This document shows, one piece after another, positions 1 through 9,910 of a stretch of 64,000 bases of DNA. The DNA lies in NCBI GenBank assembly GCA_963664305.2, contig CAXXLV010000002.1, positions 1,440,001-1,504,000 on the forward strand. The letters run 5' to 3'. Position numbers and translations under genes: made by a program. The notes under the pieces are model-generated. The model had not been told where the DNA came from. It saw nothing but the letters and a program-made list of their open reading frames with translations, and made no database searches. The first letter of the stretch is position 1. Each line of letters starts with the position of its first letter. This DNA is from an uncultured Aliarcobacter sp. (GTDB taxonomy: Bacteria > Campylobacterota > Campylobacteria > Campylobacterales > Arcobacteraceae).

Positions 1-2684
1 CTTAATCTCTCTAAAGGATTATAATCATCAGTTAATTTTTTTCGTATTTCATTTGCAACACTTAAAAACTCTCTATCCATATGAAGTGATTTTGCATACT
101 CTAAACCATACATAGATGAACCACTTCCATAGGCTAGTTTTCTATCAAAAATAAGTTTATCTTCTTCATCTTTATACATAACAGATAGATGAAGTGAAAT
201 AATATTTTTTAGTTTTGCTATCTCTTCAATTTCAGGAAGTTGATGTAAGTGGGTTGCAAAAACAAACAAAGCTTCAAGCTTTGATAGTTTTAAAATAGAA
301 CTTGCAACTATACTTAAGCCACTCATAGTTTCTGTACTATGTGAGATTTCATCACCTAAAATTAAAGAATTTTTAGTTGCACGATTAAATATATTTTTTA
401 GTTCCAACATCTCAACGGCAAAAGAAGATAATCCTTTTGCAATATTATCAGCTCCACTAATTCTAGTATAAACCGCATCAAAAATAGAAAATCTCATAGA
501 TTTACAAGGTACATAAAATCCAGCTTGAGCAAGAATCACTGAAATTCCAATAGCTTTCATAAGTGAAGATTTTCCAGAAGAGTTTATTCCATAAAGTAAA
601 ACTCCATGCATTTTATTATTGTACATATTTACAGGATTTGAGTTTTTGATAATTACATTATCTTTATACTCTTTTGAAGCTAGTGTTAGTTCACCTAAAA
701 TAATGTCATTTGGTACATAAATTCCTTGTTCTTCATTTGCTTCAATAATTGGATGTCTTAAATCAATAAGCTCTAAAAAGTTTTCATTCTCTTTTGTTTT
801 TACGATTTTTGGACAAGTATAGTTATATTTTTTTGCTGTTTTTATATTTGAAACTGTTAAATCAACTTCTGCTATAAACTGAACTAACTCTTGAAGTAAA
901 GTTGCAAATTTTTTCTCAAATTCTTGGATTTTTTCTTTAAATACAAGTTTATTTAATTCAACTATTTTTCGTAAATTATGTACATATTTATCTGAAATAT
1001 CTTCTGTTAATTTACAAAAAATCTTTACAGAATTTGTTTGAATTCTTATAGTAAAATCTTTAAACAAATACAATTCATCATCTACAATTAAATGAGAATT
1101 TAATAACTCTTCTTTAATTGAGTTAAATCTATTTTTTGTTAAAGTGATAAAAAATCCCTCTTTATCAAGTCTATTAATTCCAACAAAATTAGAATCATCT
1201 GATTTTATGAAAGATAAAATATGTTTTTGTAAAATCTCTAATTTTGAATACAAAATCTCATTTTGTACATTTAACTCATCAATTTGAGTATTAATTCCAG
1301 AGCTAATCATATTTGTATCAACATCTTTTAGCATATATTTTCCACTTACATTCAAATCAAAAGTTGAATCAATTGACTGAATAAAAAGTGTTAAATCAGC
1401 ACTACTACAAGGTGGAGTTATAAACTTATAATTTTCCATAAAAGTTACAACTTCTTTTATACTCAAAAGTGAATCGTATAAATAATTTAACTCAAAAGGA
1501 TGAAGACGATTTAGTTTTATTCTTCTTGTTAATCTTTCTATATCATAGATATTTGCTAATTCACTCTCTATTGGAGCATGATAATCATACAACTCTTTTG
1601 AAAGTGCAAGTCTTCTTAAAATCTCTTTACTATCTTTAACTGGATGAGTCAATCTCTCTTTTAAAAGTCTTTTTCCCATAGCTGTTGAAGTATTATTTAT
1701 TAGTTTTATCAAACTTGGATTATGAGAAGTTTCAATTATATTTAATTGTTCTAAGGCATTATTTCCAAGATAAATATATTTACTAATATCAAGTTTTTGT
1801 GGATGAGATAATTTTTGAATAATATTTGAATCATGCCCTATTACAAAATCAATTAAAACTGCAAGTGATTCACTACTAAGTGGGACTCTTTCCATATCAA
1901 GATGTTCAATAGAAGTTAATAAAGACTCTATATTAAACACATTTTTAAATAACTCATTTTGATAAGAAATTTTTGGTCTAAAATAACCAATATGAAATGT
2001 TTTAAGATTTAATTCTAAATAATCAATTACTTCTTTTTGATTAATATTTTTATCTGCAAAACTAACAATTATTTCATTTGTTTTATGCATATTCATATAA
2101 TTAAATACTTCATCAAGTGCAAAAAATTTATCTTCACTTGTTCCGTGAACTTCGTTGTAATAACACTTTCCAGTTGTAACATCAATTGCACTATAACCAA
2201 CTAAATAAATACCTTTTATTTGGTCTATTAAAAGTGAAGTGATATTATTTTCATCTTGTGAAATAACAAAATCAAAGTTTGTTCCAGGACTTACAACTGT
2301 ATCTAAATATCTAGTTACATTTGGTGGAAGTCCCTTTTGTCTAATAATGGCAACTGTGTATTTTTGTTCACTTATAATTCTTGCTAAATGTTTTTCAAAA
2401 GAAATTGCGGGAACTCCAGCCATAATAGGATTTTCTTTTGAATTTTCTAAAATAGATTTATTTTTTCTTGTTAGTTGAATATTTAAAAGTTCAGCAATCT
2501 CTTTTGCTTTTCCAATATGTTCTTCATCATTATTTACTTCATAAACTTCAAAAAATGTTCCTATTTCCATAAGTACAACTGTATTTGGTCCATACTTTTT
2601 TTCAAACATTTTTTGGAGTTTAAAATAAGTAATTGTTAATAACTCTTTTTTATTATTTAAAAGTTCAGCTACTTCTTCTCTCAC
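1..2684 (-). CDS. mutS: MutS-family ATPase (partial, runs off left edge); probably MutS7-type
   Basis: Not in ORF track. Segments translated by hand from GTG at 2684 (GTGA overlap with upstream stop): MREEVAELL...VVLMEIGTFFEVY (domain I), Walker A LLYGINSSGKSSLMK, FTRISGADNIAKGLSSFAVEM, LILGDEISHSTE, FATHLH, GSGSSMYGLE; same frame still open at the window edge. Confidence 0.92.
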   Translation of the reverse strand, partial: MREEVAELLNNKKELLTITYFKLQKMFEKKYGPNTVVLMEIGTFFEVYEVNNDEEHIGKAKEIAELLNIQLTRKNKSILENSKENPIMAGVPAISFEKHLARIISEQKYTVAIIRQKGLPPNVTRYLDTVVSPGTNFDFVISQDENNITSLLIDQIKGIYLVGYSAIDVTTGKCYYNEVHGTSEDKFFALDEVFNYMNMHKTNEIIVSFADKNINQKEVIDYLELNLKTFHIGYFRPKISYQNELFKNVFNIESLLTSIEHLDMERVPLSSESLAVLIDFVIGHDSNIIQKLSHPQKLDISKYIYLGNNALEQLNIIETSHNPSLIKLINNTSTAMGKRLLKERLTHPVKDSKEILRRLALSKELYDYHAPIESELANIYDIERLTRRIKLNRLHPFELNYLYDSLLSIKEVVTFMENYKFITPPCSSADLTLFIQSIDSTFDLNVSGKYMLKDVDTNMISSGINTQIDELNVQNEILYSKLEILQKHILSFIKSDDSNFVGINRLDKEGFFITLTKNRFNSIKEELLNSHLIVDDELYLFKDFTIRIQTNSVKIFCKLTEDISDKYVHNLRKIVELNKLVFKEKIQEFEKKFATLLQELVQFIAEVDLTVSNIKTAKKYNYTCPKIVKTKENENFLELIDLRHPIIEANEEQGIYVPNDIILGELTLASKEYKDNVIIKNSNPVNMYNNKMHGVLLYGINSSGKSSLMKAIGISVILAQAGFYVPCKSMRFSIFDAVYTRISGADNIAKGLSSFAVEMLELKNIFNRATKNSLILGDEISHSTETMSGLSIVASSILKLSKLEALFVFATHLHQLPEIEEIAKLKNIISLHLSVMYKDEEDKLIFDRKLAYGSGSSMYGLEYAKSLHMDREFLSVANEIRKKLTDDYNPLERL

Positions 2685-3103
2685 TTACTTCTAACTCCTG
2701 TCCAATCTCTTATCAAAGTTCTTTGTTCTTTAGTTAAAATTGCATCATCATGAATCCAAAGATAACTTTGTAGTGGCATAGAAGCATAAACTGTTCTATA
2801 AATATCTTTTAAATGTTCTTTTTTCTCTTCATCACTATAATTTTCCCAAGTAGAAAAATTTAAAGCTTTTCTTCCTTCATTTATATGATTTGATACTATC
2901 CAAGAAAAAGGAGCAATTTTTGAATACCAAGGATAAATTGTTTCATTTGAATGACAATCATAACAAGCCGTTTTAAAAATTTTCATTACTTCAGCATTTG
3001 CTTTTATTTCTTTATTTTTATCTACATTAGGGTTTGTTTTATCAGTTTGTATAAACTGCATAACTATAAAAATAATTAAAAAAATCAATAAGGTTCTTTT
3101 CAT
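2681..3103 (-). CDS. Heme-binding domain protein (single CxxCH, Haem_bd-like)
   Basis: N-terminal hydrophobic anchor, ACYDCHS, PWYS..AP.SW, GR.ALNFS.W, MP motifs; start moved to ATG at 3103. Confidence 0.85.
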   Translation of the reverse strand: MKRTLLIFLIIFIVMQFIQTDKTNPNVDKNKEIKANAEVMKIFKTACYDCHSNETIYPWYSKIAPFSWIVSNHINEGRKALNFSTWENYSDEEKKEHLKDIYRTVYASMPLQSYLWIHDDAILTKEQRTLIRDWTGVRSK

Positions 3104-3104
3104 A

Positions 3105-3434
3105 TTACTCACACATTAAATTATAAGGTCGTTGTATTTCTTCTAAAAATAGAGGAATACTCATGTTTCTTCCATATCTTTTGAACTCTTTTTTATCAAA
3201 AAATATGATTGTAGTTGGAATAGAAAATACAGTAAATTGACTTGTAAGTTCTTTATAAATATCTGTTTTTATCTCATAAAGTCTAAATTTTGGGAAGTTT
3301 TTAGTTACTTCTTCTTCAATTTTTGGTTTTAAAACTTTACAAACAGAACAATTTTCTCCACTAAAATATATCAATACTGCATCATTATGACTAATCGCAT
3401 CTTCTACTTGTTGTGGATTTTCTAGTTGAATCAC
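3105..3434 (-). CDS. Thioredoxin-family protein
   Basis: CSVC motif, VFSIPT cis-Pro loop; GTG at 3434 has a GGAG SD. Confidence 0.85.
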   Translation of the reverse strand: MIQLENPQQVEDAISHNDAVLIYFSGENCSVCKVLKPKIEEEVTKNFPKFRLYEIKTDIYKELTSQFTVFSIPTTIIFFDKKEFKRYGRNMSIPLFLEEIQRPYNLMCE

Positions 3435-3435
3435 T

Positions 3436-5403
3436 CTAAATATCTCCCAATTCTTCATCTTTATTTATATTTACTTGATAAGCTTTTTCTTTAAAAATAT
3501 CCTCTTTAGTTAAAGAGATACCTTTCATATGAGATAATGGGAAAGCAAAAGCTACACCTTTTCCTGTTGTTGTAATATGAAGTGTATGAATTATTGATTT
3601 TATAACCTCATTTACTAAATGCTGTGGTAATAAAAATAATAGTAACACATCTTTTGCTTCAAAAGAAGTTCTATAGAAATTTGCCATTCCTTCTAATCCA
3701 ATTCCTTGTGCATTTAAAAGTGTAACACCTGATGCTCCTGCTTTTTGTGCTGCCATAATTGCATCATCTTTTTTATCTTCTGGAATTATTATAACAACTG
3801 CACTAAATTGTAATACTAAAGAGTGTCTAACTTTTGAACCATCAATATTTACTGTCGATAAATCCATGTTATCTACATCAACTAAAGTATCTCTTAATAA
3901 TTCTTCATGCTCAATTTGAGTATCAGATTTAACTCCAATTTTCTCAATAATTACACCATAAAGCATAACTGTTATCATAGGAAATAATGAAGCAAAAGCG
4001 ATAAGTCCAAATCCATCAATTAAAGGACTTCTTCCTTCAATATTTGAAGCAAGTCCAATTCCTAGAGCTGCAACTAAAGGAACTGTTACTGTTGAAGTTG
4101 TAACTCCTCCACTATCATAAGCTATTGGAATTATATATTTTGGTGCAATGAAAGTAAGAATTATTACAACGATATATCCAACAATTATATAGTAGTGAAT
4201 ATGTCCACCATCAACTATTCTAAATGCTCCCAAGGCAATCCCTATTGCAACACCTAAAGCAACAAATAGTCTTAAAATAAAATCATTAACTTTTCCATCA
4301 CTTATCTCTTTAGCTTTTTTAGCAATTGCCATAAGAGCAGGTTCTGCCATAGTTGTAGAAAATCCAATCGCAAATGCAAAAGCATAAATTATAAATACAG
4401 AATTACCTTTTGTTAGCTGATAAGCCATTGTTTCACCAAGTGAAAACAATCCTAATTCTAATCCTAAAATAAATGTATATAATCCAATAATTACTAAAGC
4501 AAATCCTAAAAAAACAGTTTTTGGTTTTTCTATACTTTTCTTTAAAATAATATATTGGAAGAATAAAATAATTAATAATATTGGAAATACATCTCTTATT
4601 ACTGCAAAAAATCCACTTAAAACTGAACTTACACTAATTGTAGTTGATGTACTAACTGTTGCTTGAACAACTATTTGAGTTACTTCTTTTACCTCTTCAA
4701 AGTTATAAACATAAATTCCATAAATTTGCACAAATATCATAGGAGTCAAAGAAGCAAATGCAATAAGACCAAATCCATCAATTACAGGATTTCTATCTTT
4801 TATTGATGAAGCAAGACCAATTCCTAAAGCTGCAACTAAAGGAACTGTAACAGTAGAAGTTGTAACTCCTCCTAAATCATAAGCTAAACCTATTATTTCT
4901 TTTGGAGCAAAAAATGTAACTCCAACAACTAACATATATCCGATGATGATATAGTAGTGAATTGGATGACCTTTTATGATTCTATAAACACCTAATAATA
5001 TGGCGAAACCTACAGATAAAGCTACAACTAATCTTAATGTATTAGAATCTATTCTTCCACTTGATATAGATGCTGCTTTATCAGCAATAACAGCAAGTGC
5101 GGGTTCAGCTATTGTGGTACCAAATCCTATAAGAAATCCAAAAATCAATATCCAAATTACATGACCTGACTTAGCAAAATCTTTAGCTAAAGATTCACCA
5201 ACTGGAAAAATACCAATTTCTAAACCTTGTAAAAAAATTGCTAAACCTATTGCAACAATTCCTAAACCAATAGCAGTATTTGCCCATCCTTCTGGAACAC
5301 TTTGAATAATTGCTAACTGAAAAAATAAAATTACCAAAATAATTGGTATCAAATCACGAAAAGATTCCTTGAGAAGTCTAAGAAAGAAATAGAGTTGTAA
5401 CAC
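3436..5403 (-). CDS. Tandem DUF1538 membrane protein with C-terminal P-II-like domain
   Basis: Two internal repeats each with AEPAL and AYD.GGVTTSTVTVPLVAALGIGLAS; C-terminus AGASGVT...G.G...GKGVAF. Confidence 0.85.
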   Translation of the reverse strand: MLQLYFFLRLLKESFRDLIPIILVILFFQLAIIQSVPEGWANTAIGLGIVAIGLAIFLQGLEIGIFPVGESLAKDFAKSGHVIWILIFGFLIGFGTTIAEPALAVIADKAASISSGRIDSNTLRLVVALSVGFAILLGVYRIIKGHPIHYYIIIGYMLVVGVTFFAPKEIIGLAYDLGGVTTSTVTVPLVAALGIGLASSIKDRNPVIDGFGLIAFASLTPMIFVQIYGIYVYNFEEVKEVTQIVVQATVSTSTTISVSSVLSGFFAVIRDVFPILLIILFFQYIILKKSIEKPKTVFLGFALVIIGLYTFILGLELGLFSLGETMAYQLTKGNSVFIIYAFAFAIGFSTTMAEPALMAIAKKAKEISDGKVNDFILRLFVALGVAIGIALGAFRIVDGGHIHYYIIVGYIVVIILTFIAPKYIIPIAYDSGGVTTSTVTVPLVAALGIGLASNIEGRSPLIDGFGLIAFASLFPMITVMLYGVIIEKIGVKSDTQIEHEELLRDTLVDVDNMDLSTVNIDGSKVRHSLVLQFSAVVIIIPEDKKDDAIMAAQKAGASGVTLLNAQGIGLEGMANFYRTSFEAKDVLLLFLLPQHLVNEVIKSIIHTLHITTTGKGVAFAFPLSHMKGISLTKEDIFKEKAYQVNINKDEELGDI

Positions 5404-5426
5404 GAATATGTTCCTTGTAAATTTTT

Positions 5427-5456
5427 AAAGAGGATAACTTTTAGTTATCTCTCTTT
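5427..5456 (-). terminator. Hairpin downstream of leuA
   Basis: aaagaggataact/agttatctctcttt imperfect inverted repeat right after the leuA stop. Confidence 0.55.
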
Positions 5457-7010
5457 TCAAACTTGATGTTCACAAGTTTTTGAAAGTCTCTCTTTTTGAG
5501 AAAGATATGAATTTAATGCACCAATGTAAGCTTTCGCAGTTGCTAACATCGTGTCAATACTTAATCCATGACCTACAAAGGCTGGACTTGTTGAATCAAA
5601 AGATACTCTTGTTGTAACTTTTGCTAAAGCATCTTTCCCTTCTGTTACAGAAATTACTTTGTAATCTTTTAATTCCCCATTGTATCCAGTAATTCTATCA
5701 ATTGTTTTAAATATTGCATCCATTGTTCCATCACCAATAGCTGCATCTTTGATTATTTCATCTTTATATTTAATAGCAACAGCAGCTGTTGGAACACCTG
5801 TTGTACAATCACTAATTTGTAAACCAATTAAATCATAAGTTTTATCATGATTTAAAGCTTCATCAGTGATTAACATTCTCACATCATCATCTGTAATCTC
5901 TTTTTTCTTATCCGCTAAAACTTTAAATCTTTCAAATGCTGAATTTAATTCTTCATCACTTACTTTATCAAATCCTAATTGAGCAATTTTATCTTTAAAT
6001 GCAGCACGTCCACTATGTTTTCCTAAGATTAAAGTACTATCTTTAATAACACCAACATCTTCAGGTCTCATAATTTCATAAGTTTCTTGATGTTTTAAAA
6101 CACCATCTTGGTGAATTCCACTTTCGTGAGAGAATGCATTTTTACCAACAATTGCTTTATTTTGTTGAGGCTCTACACCAGTTATTGTTGCAACTAATCT
6201 TGAAGTTGCATAAATTTCAGGAGTATTAATAGTTGTATATAAATCTCCAAATGCATCTTTTCTCGTTTTTATAGCCATAACTGCTTCTTCTAAAGCTGAA
6301 TTTCCAGCACGTTCTCCTAAACCATTTATTGTTACTTCAATTTGTCTAGCACCATTCATAACTGCTGCTAAAGTATTTGCTGTTGCTAATCCTAAATCGT
6401 TATGATTATGTACAGAAATAATAGCTCTATCACCAGCAAAATCACTTAATTCTTTTACCATTGCACCTAATTCTGTTGGTAATCTATATCCTACAGTATC
6501 TGGTAAATTAATAGTTCTTGCACCTGCTCCAATAACAGCATCCATCACTTCTTTCATAAAAGAGATTTCACTTCTTCCTGCATCTTCTAAAGAGAATTCA
6601 ACATCATCTACAAATGTTTTTGCATATTCTACTGCATGAATTGCTCTTCTAATAACTTCATCTGGAGCCATTTTTAATTTATATTTCATATGGATTGGCG
6701 ATGTTGCAATAAAAGTATGAACTCTGTGTTTTGGTGCTTTTGAAACAGCTAATCCAGCTTGTTTAATATCATTTTCAACTGCTCTTGCTAAAGAACAAAT
6801 ACTTGAATTTTTTACAATTTCTGCTATTCTACTTACTGCATCAAAATCCCCTGGACTTGCAGCTGCAAATCCTGCTTCTATTACATCAACACCTAATTTT
6901 TCTAATTGTAAAGCTACTTTTAATTTTTCTTCAGTGTTCATAGAACAACCAGGGCTTTGTTCACCATCTCTTAATGTTGTATCAAATACTATAATTTTAT
7001 TTTTATCCAT
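5457..7010 (-). CDS. leuA: 2-isopropylmalate synthase
   Basis: [35 protein letters not shown], regulatory C-terminal domain. Confidence 0.98.
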   Translation of the reverse strand: MDKNKIIVFDTTLRDGEQSPGCSMNTEEKLKVALQLEKLGVDVIEAGFAAASPGDFDAVSRIAEIVKNSSICSLARAVENDIKQAGLAVSKAPKHRVHTFIATSPIHMKYKLKMAPDEVIRRAIHAVEYAKTFVDDVEFSLEDAGRSEISFMKEVMDAVIGAGARTINLPDTVGYRLPTELGAMVKELSDFAGDRAIISVHNHNDLGLATANTLAAVMNGARQIEVTINGLGERAGNSALEEAVMAIKTRKDAFGDLYTTINTPEIYATSRLVATITGVEPQQNKAIVGKNAFSHESGIHQDGVLKHQETYEIMRPEDVGVIKDSTLILGKHSGRAAFKDKIAQLGFDKVSDEELNSAFERFKVLADKKKEITDDDVRMLITDEALNHDKTYDLIGLQISDCTTGVPTAAVAIKYKDEIIKDAAIGDGTMDAIFKTIDRITGYNGELKDYKVISVTEGKDALAKVTTRVSFDSTSPAFVGHGLSIDTMLATAKAYIGALNSYLSQKERLSKTCEHQV

Positions 7011-7118
7011 TGTATTAACCTTTTAAAATGTTATTAATTATATCTTTTTTTAAATAAAAAAAGAAAAACAGAGTTTTGATTATTTAGTTATAAATTATAA
7101 TTATAAAAGTTTATAATT

Positions 7119-7196
7119 TTAGAGAGAAAAAGAGAGAAGCAGAAGAGAGTTAACACTTTTTATGAAATGGTTTTTATAAAAATCAAATATTTTCAT
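7119..7196 (-). CDS. Putative leu leader peptide (25 aa, MKIFDFYKNHFIKSVNSLLLLSFSL)
   Basis: SD AAGGAG, ATG at 7196, four tandem Leu codons CTT CTG CTT CTC, between promoter and leuA. Confidence 0.75.
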   Translation of the reverse strand: MKIFDFYKNHFIKSVNSLLLLSFSL

Positions 7197-7230
7197 ATAT
7201 CTCTCCTTTTTTTGTTTTTTAAAGTAGTTA

Positions 7231-7259
7231 AGTATAATTAATAAATCTCTATTTGTCAA
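7231..7259 (-). promoter_or_regulatory. Sigma70-type promoter of leader-leuA
   Basis: TTGACA (7259-7254), 17 bp spacer, TATACT (7236-7231). Confidence 0.75.
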
Positions 7260-7273
7260 TAGTTATAATATTT

Positions 7274-7305
7274 TTTGGATTAAATTTTTAGAAATTTAAT
7301 CCAAA
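7274..7305. terminator. Perfect inverted repeat after histidine kinase gene
   Basis: tttggattaaattt-ttag-aaatttaatccaaa; no clear U-tract on the minus strand. Confidence 0.5.
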
Positions 7306-7306
7306 T

Positions 7307-9886
7307 TTATTGTTCATTACTTATTGGTAATTTTATTGTAAAAATTGCACCTTCTTCATCATTTTTAACATCAATTTTTCCATTCATATTATTTTCAATG
7401 ATTAATTTTGACATATAAAGACCAATACCTGTACCATTGTTTTCCTCTTTTGTTGTAAAATATGGTTCAAATATTTTGTTTATTATCTCTTCTTTTATAC
7501 CTTTTCCATTATCTTTTATTTTTACACAAATAAAATCATCTTCAATTTTTGTTTGAATAGATATCAAAGGATTTTCAATTTTATTTCCAATAATTGCATC
7601 TTTTGCATTTGTAAGAATATTTAGAATTACTTGAGAAAACTCATTTGGAAAACCATAAAATTGAAGTTCAGTTGAAAAAAAATCTTTTTCTAATTTGATA
7701 CGATGATGTTCAAATGTAGACTCAACTAATTCGATAGCTTTTATTACATTATCATTAATATTAAATTTTTCTCTTGCTTTATTTGGTTTAAAGAAATTTC
7801 TAAAATCATCAATAGTTTTGGACATATTATTAATAACATTATTAGCTTTATTTATTGATTTATCCATCACACTCTTATCTAATTCTCCAATATCATAAGA
7901 AAATTTTAGATTTTGTAAAACTAATCCTAATGCATTTAATGGTTGTCTCCATTGATGAGCGATATTACCTATCATCTCACCCATTGCAGCAAGTCTTGTT
8001 TGTTGAATTAATATTTGTTCTTGTTCTTTTTGTTTTGAAGTTTCAAGTATAACTTTTTCTTCTAAACTACTATTTAACTTTTTTTCTTCACTTATTAATT
8101 CTTCTATTTTTGTCGCCATTTCATTAAATGAATTTTCCAATTGCCCTATTTCATCTTTTGAACTAACTTTTATTCTATAGTCTAATTCATTATTTGCAAA
8201 TTTTTTTGTTCCTATTAAAATATGCTCAATTTTTTTACTTAAATAGTTTGACATTAAAAGTGCAATCACAATTATTAGTATTACCATAGCTAAAGTAATA
8301 ATAGTTAGTTCATTGATTAAAGCATTTATAAATCCTTTAATCTCAATTTGATTTTCTCCCATAATTTCTGACATATTTTCTGTTTGATCACTTAATATAT
8401 TCAAAACATCACTTCTTGTTTTATTTGCAGCAGCATGGAAGTCATCAACACTAGCACCAATAGCAACAAATCCAAATCCACGTTTTGAATTTGCATACTT
8501 TCCTGTATAGTATGGAATTGCTGCAGCAGTTGTTAGTTTCCAAACATTACTCCAATTAATTATAAAAGAACCATATCCTCCATTTTGGGTTAACTGCATC
8601 CAACCTTCACATTGAGGAGCAAAGTTTAAGTATCTACAATCAAGTCCAACATTTCCATCTTCTTTCAACTGTTTTAAATTTGGTTTTTTTTGTAAACTTT
8701 GTTCTTCAAATTTTGGATAATCATTTAAAAATTCATTGATATTTTTATTTGATTCATAAAACTTTTGTGCTAAATCTGCACTTAACCATGGCATTACTCT
8801 TTCACCTGTATTTTTATCGTAACCAACTATTGAATAATCTCTTGGATGAGCAATACTTTTCCCTTCATAATCCCATAAAAATGCATAGTTACCTAAAGTT
8901 GCATCAGCAATATCTTGTTTAAGTATAGTATTTGATGGATTAACTGTATTTGTATATTCTTGAATATGTCTATGGTCTAAAGCTAATGATATATAACCAA
9001 TTTTTTCATTATTTTTATATACAGGTGTAATAAATCTAACAATTCCTTCGTATCTTTTTCCTAATGGATTTTCAACTCCTGCATATCCATAATTATTTGG
9101 TTCAAATTCAATTCCAGCTTTTTTAGCTTTTTCTTTTGTAAATGTTCCAATTACTTTAGAACCTACATATTCACCTATTACATCTGAAACATAAATTTCA
9201 TTCTTTTTTAATTTTTCTATTTCATGAAAATATTTTTCTGCTTTTACATATGTGTTTTTACTATCTGAAACATCAACTTTTTCACTATTTATTGAAGAAA
9301 CTTTATATTTTTCTATACCATTTAAATCAAAAAATGAAATCTCTTTATAAATAGGAATATTTTTAGTTTTATAATTTATAGGGTCAATATAATTAAATTC
9401 TTTTTCATTATCTTTTAAATTTGCAGTTGTTTTTTCTCTTTCAACTTTTTTTGCTTCTTCTTTGGCTTTATAAGTATTTGTTTCATCATCATAATAATAA
9501 TCTGAATGAATTGTGATGTCTTTATTTTTTGACTCATAAAAACTATCTAAAACTTTTTGATTTAAATCTAATTTTGATAATAGGATTAAATCTTTATCTC
9601 TTTCATATAAAAATTCAGCAATTTTATTTGCTATTTCATAAGAAATCTTTTCTAATGATTCTTGAGATTTTTTATCCAAATTTTTTATACTATCTTCTAT
9701 TGAAGCATTTGCCGTATTTATAATAATCTCTTTACTTTGATTATATAAAAAATTTGTACTTTTATTTAAATACATATCAAGCTTTAATACACCTTCATAA
9801 GCTATGTATGCAATAAACAATAATGGAAGAATTTTTATTAAAATAAAAATAACAATTAATTTAATTCGAATACTTAAATCTTTCAC
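7307..9886 (-). CDS. Sensor histidine kinase (large extracytoplasmic Cache-like region, HAMP, HisKA/HATPase)
   Basis: Two TM segments, DEIGQL HAMP, GEMIGNIAHQWRQPL H-box, DNGKG, FEPYFTTK, GTGIGL. Confidence 0.93.
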   Translation of the reverse strand: MKDLSIRIKLIVIFILIKILPLLFIAYIAYEGVLKLDMYLNKSTNFLYNQSKEIIINTANASIEDSIKNLDKKSQESLEKISYEIANKIAEFLYERDKDLILLSKLDLNQKVLDSFYESKNKDITIHSDYYYDDETNTYKAKEEAKKVEREKTTANLKDNEKEFNYIDPINYKTKNIPIYKEISFFDLNGIEKYKVSSINSEKVDVSDSKNTYVKAEKYFHEIEKLKKNEIYVSDVIGEYVGSKVIGTFTKEKAKKAGIEFEPNNYGYAGVENPLGKRYEGIVRFITPVYKNNEKIGYISLALDHRHIQEYTNTVNPSNTILKQDIADATLGNYAFLWDYEGKSIAHPRDYSIVGYDKNTGERVMPWLSADLAQKFYESNKNINEFLNDYPKFEEQSLQKKPNLKQLKEDGNVGLDCRYLNFAPQCEGWMQLTQNGGYGSFIINWSNVWKLTTAAAIPYYTGKYANSKRGFGFVAIGASVDDFHAAANKTRSDVLNILSDQTENMSEIMGENQIEIKGFINALINELTIITLAMVILIIVIALLMSNYLSKKIEHILIGTKKFANNELDYRIKVSSKDEIGQLENSFNEMATKIEELISEEKKLNSSLEEKVILETSKQKEQEQILIQQTRLAAMGEMIGNIAHQWRQPLNALGLVLQNLKFSYDIGELDKSVMDKSINKANNVINNMSKTIDDFRNFFKPNKAREKFNINDNVIKAIELVESTFEHHRIKLEKDFFSTELQFYGFPNEFSQVILNILTNAKDAIIGNKIENPLISIQTKIEDDFICVKIKDNGKGIKEEIINKIFEPYFTTKEENNGTGIGLYMSKLIIENNMNGKIDVKNDEEGAIFTIKLPISNEQ

Positions 9887-9910
9887 ATTAACTTCCTATT
9901 TAAATTATTT

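Noticed and set aside
2239..2478. 79-aa + strand ORF, and the many similar 60-105 aa ORFs opposite ftsH, prmA, glmS, kinases and others
   Set aside because: They lie antisense to, or overlap, well-supported genes and have no recognisable motifs.
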